A DNA stretch of 64,000 nt from Takakia lepidozioides (lineage: Eukaryota > Plantae > Bryophyta): NCBI GenBank assembly GCA_030704615.1, contig CM060731.1:75392001-75456000 (forward strand), read 5' to 3'. Below the pieces are notes generated by a model that worked only from the letters and a program-made list of their open reading frames with translations, did not search any database and was not told where the DNA came from. This document shows, piece by piece, positions 62,881 to 64,000 of this stretch; positions within the stretch are counted from its first letter, which is position 1, and each line of letters opens with the position of its first letter. The position numbers and the translations under genes were made by a program.

Positions 62881-64000
62881 AGCTTTTCTTCATCTGAAAG
62901 GGAACGGGGGACAGAATTGTGTTTATAGTTTATACGTCAAAAATATACAGAGTAATAAGTGGGGCCATCTACTACACATTTTGGCTGTCATTTATATATT
63001 ATACTACACAATTTGTTCTAATATACAAACAATATATGATTTAGAATATCATATAAGCGAATCGGATGATGGGGAGTAAAATAAAATAAATAAAATAAAA
63101 AACAGAAGTACGATTAGAAAATACAGTTAGTACAGTAAATACATGATCCGGGCCCCGGGGAGCGGAAAAGTAGCCAGAAAGAATCACCGGCCGGGTCAGA
63201 CGGAAGGGAAGGCTGGGAGTCTGGCGTCCCGCTACGCTCGTCTACAACCACACGCACTTGTGCGGGATGTTCCTGTAGCGGTGCTGTTGATCTGGCGGAC
63301 GATTGTGGATGCTTCCATGGCTGGTCGCTTTGGGGATTTGAGGCACATGTCTTGAACTTTTCTCTGCTCAGGGCGATGTGTGCTTACGAGCCTTCTGAGG
63401 CAGCTTACCAGGATGACACATGGATAAGACTGAGCCATTTGCGGTCTCTTAAAGCTCTCTGGCTTCACAAAATGCTTGCTCAAATAGGCGGTGACGGGAC
63501 ATCGTAGACCTGGATTCGAGCGTTTTCCTTCGTTCTAGTGATAAGCAAAATTTTCTTGGTTATATGAATTGCAGAAGTTCGGGTTTCCTTTCCGAAATGC
63601 AACGCAACACTGCAGGTGCGTAGAAGTGTGACCCTGCAGGTTTTCTTTTGAGACGGTAGCAGCTCAAGCGGTTAGCCTCGGATAGGAGCTTATGTAGCAG
63701 TTTGTAGAGCTCATGTTTTTGGCGATGCTTGTTGATTGTCAAGTGAGCAACTTTCTAGCCAGAAACCTAACCTCCCTCGCAAGGTTGGTACTATGGGGTT
63801 CTATGCATGCTTCACAATGTTTTTGTTATGGAATAATAAGCTGTCCGAGCGCCAGCCTTCGCTGAGAGTCTGATATGCGATGGGAGATACTGATTCTAGC
63901 AGGTTAATTAAGTTGAGAAGTTGATGACTGACTAGCATGTGAAATGGCAGTCACTAAATTAAGTGTGTCACCTGCAGGAGAGCACATTATCGCTGGTGGG

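Noticed and set aside
63143-63770. Possible coding remnant near the window end
   Set aside because: Short broken ORFs with no recognisable domain or reliable splice structure.

Overview
Eukaryotic nuclear DNA from a land plant, probably a non-seed plant (inferred from the gene and transposon repertoire, not proven). Host genes lie only at the edges: two tRNA-Gly genes, a two-exon phytocyanin (1178-2816) and a five-exon ethylene receptor (56808-52193). The 45.6 kb between 4899 and 50468 is a nest of transposons at essentially one site. Two adjacent ~0.6-kb hAT MITEs are each split by a large element. The first large element is 7.7 kb and Mutator-like, with an 11-bp TSD. It carries an intron-containing beta-class amino-methyltransferase-like gene, a ~22-unit hairpin satellite and a GCM/SWIM transposase remnant. 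The second is a 36.7-kb Sola-like DNA transposon with 27-bp TIRs and a 4-bp TSD. Its cargo includes two FCP1-like phosphatases, a SWIM fragment and a ParB/MTase-fold gene, plus dispersed GGACCYRGGTCC palindromes. Its transposase is interrupted by a 12-kb Ty3/Gypsy element. That element has a DNMT3-like C5 methyltransferase inside Pol, a PHD finger on integrase and a self-complementary (tRNA-independent) primer site. Its terminal repeats are circularly permuted (A-internal-B-A-B), yet it has a clean 4-bp TSD. Family assignments come from motif recognition by eye; no database search was run.
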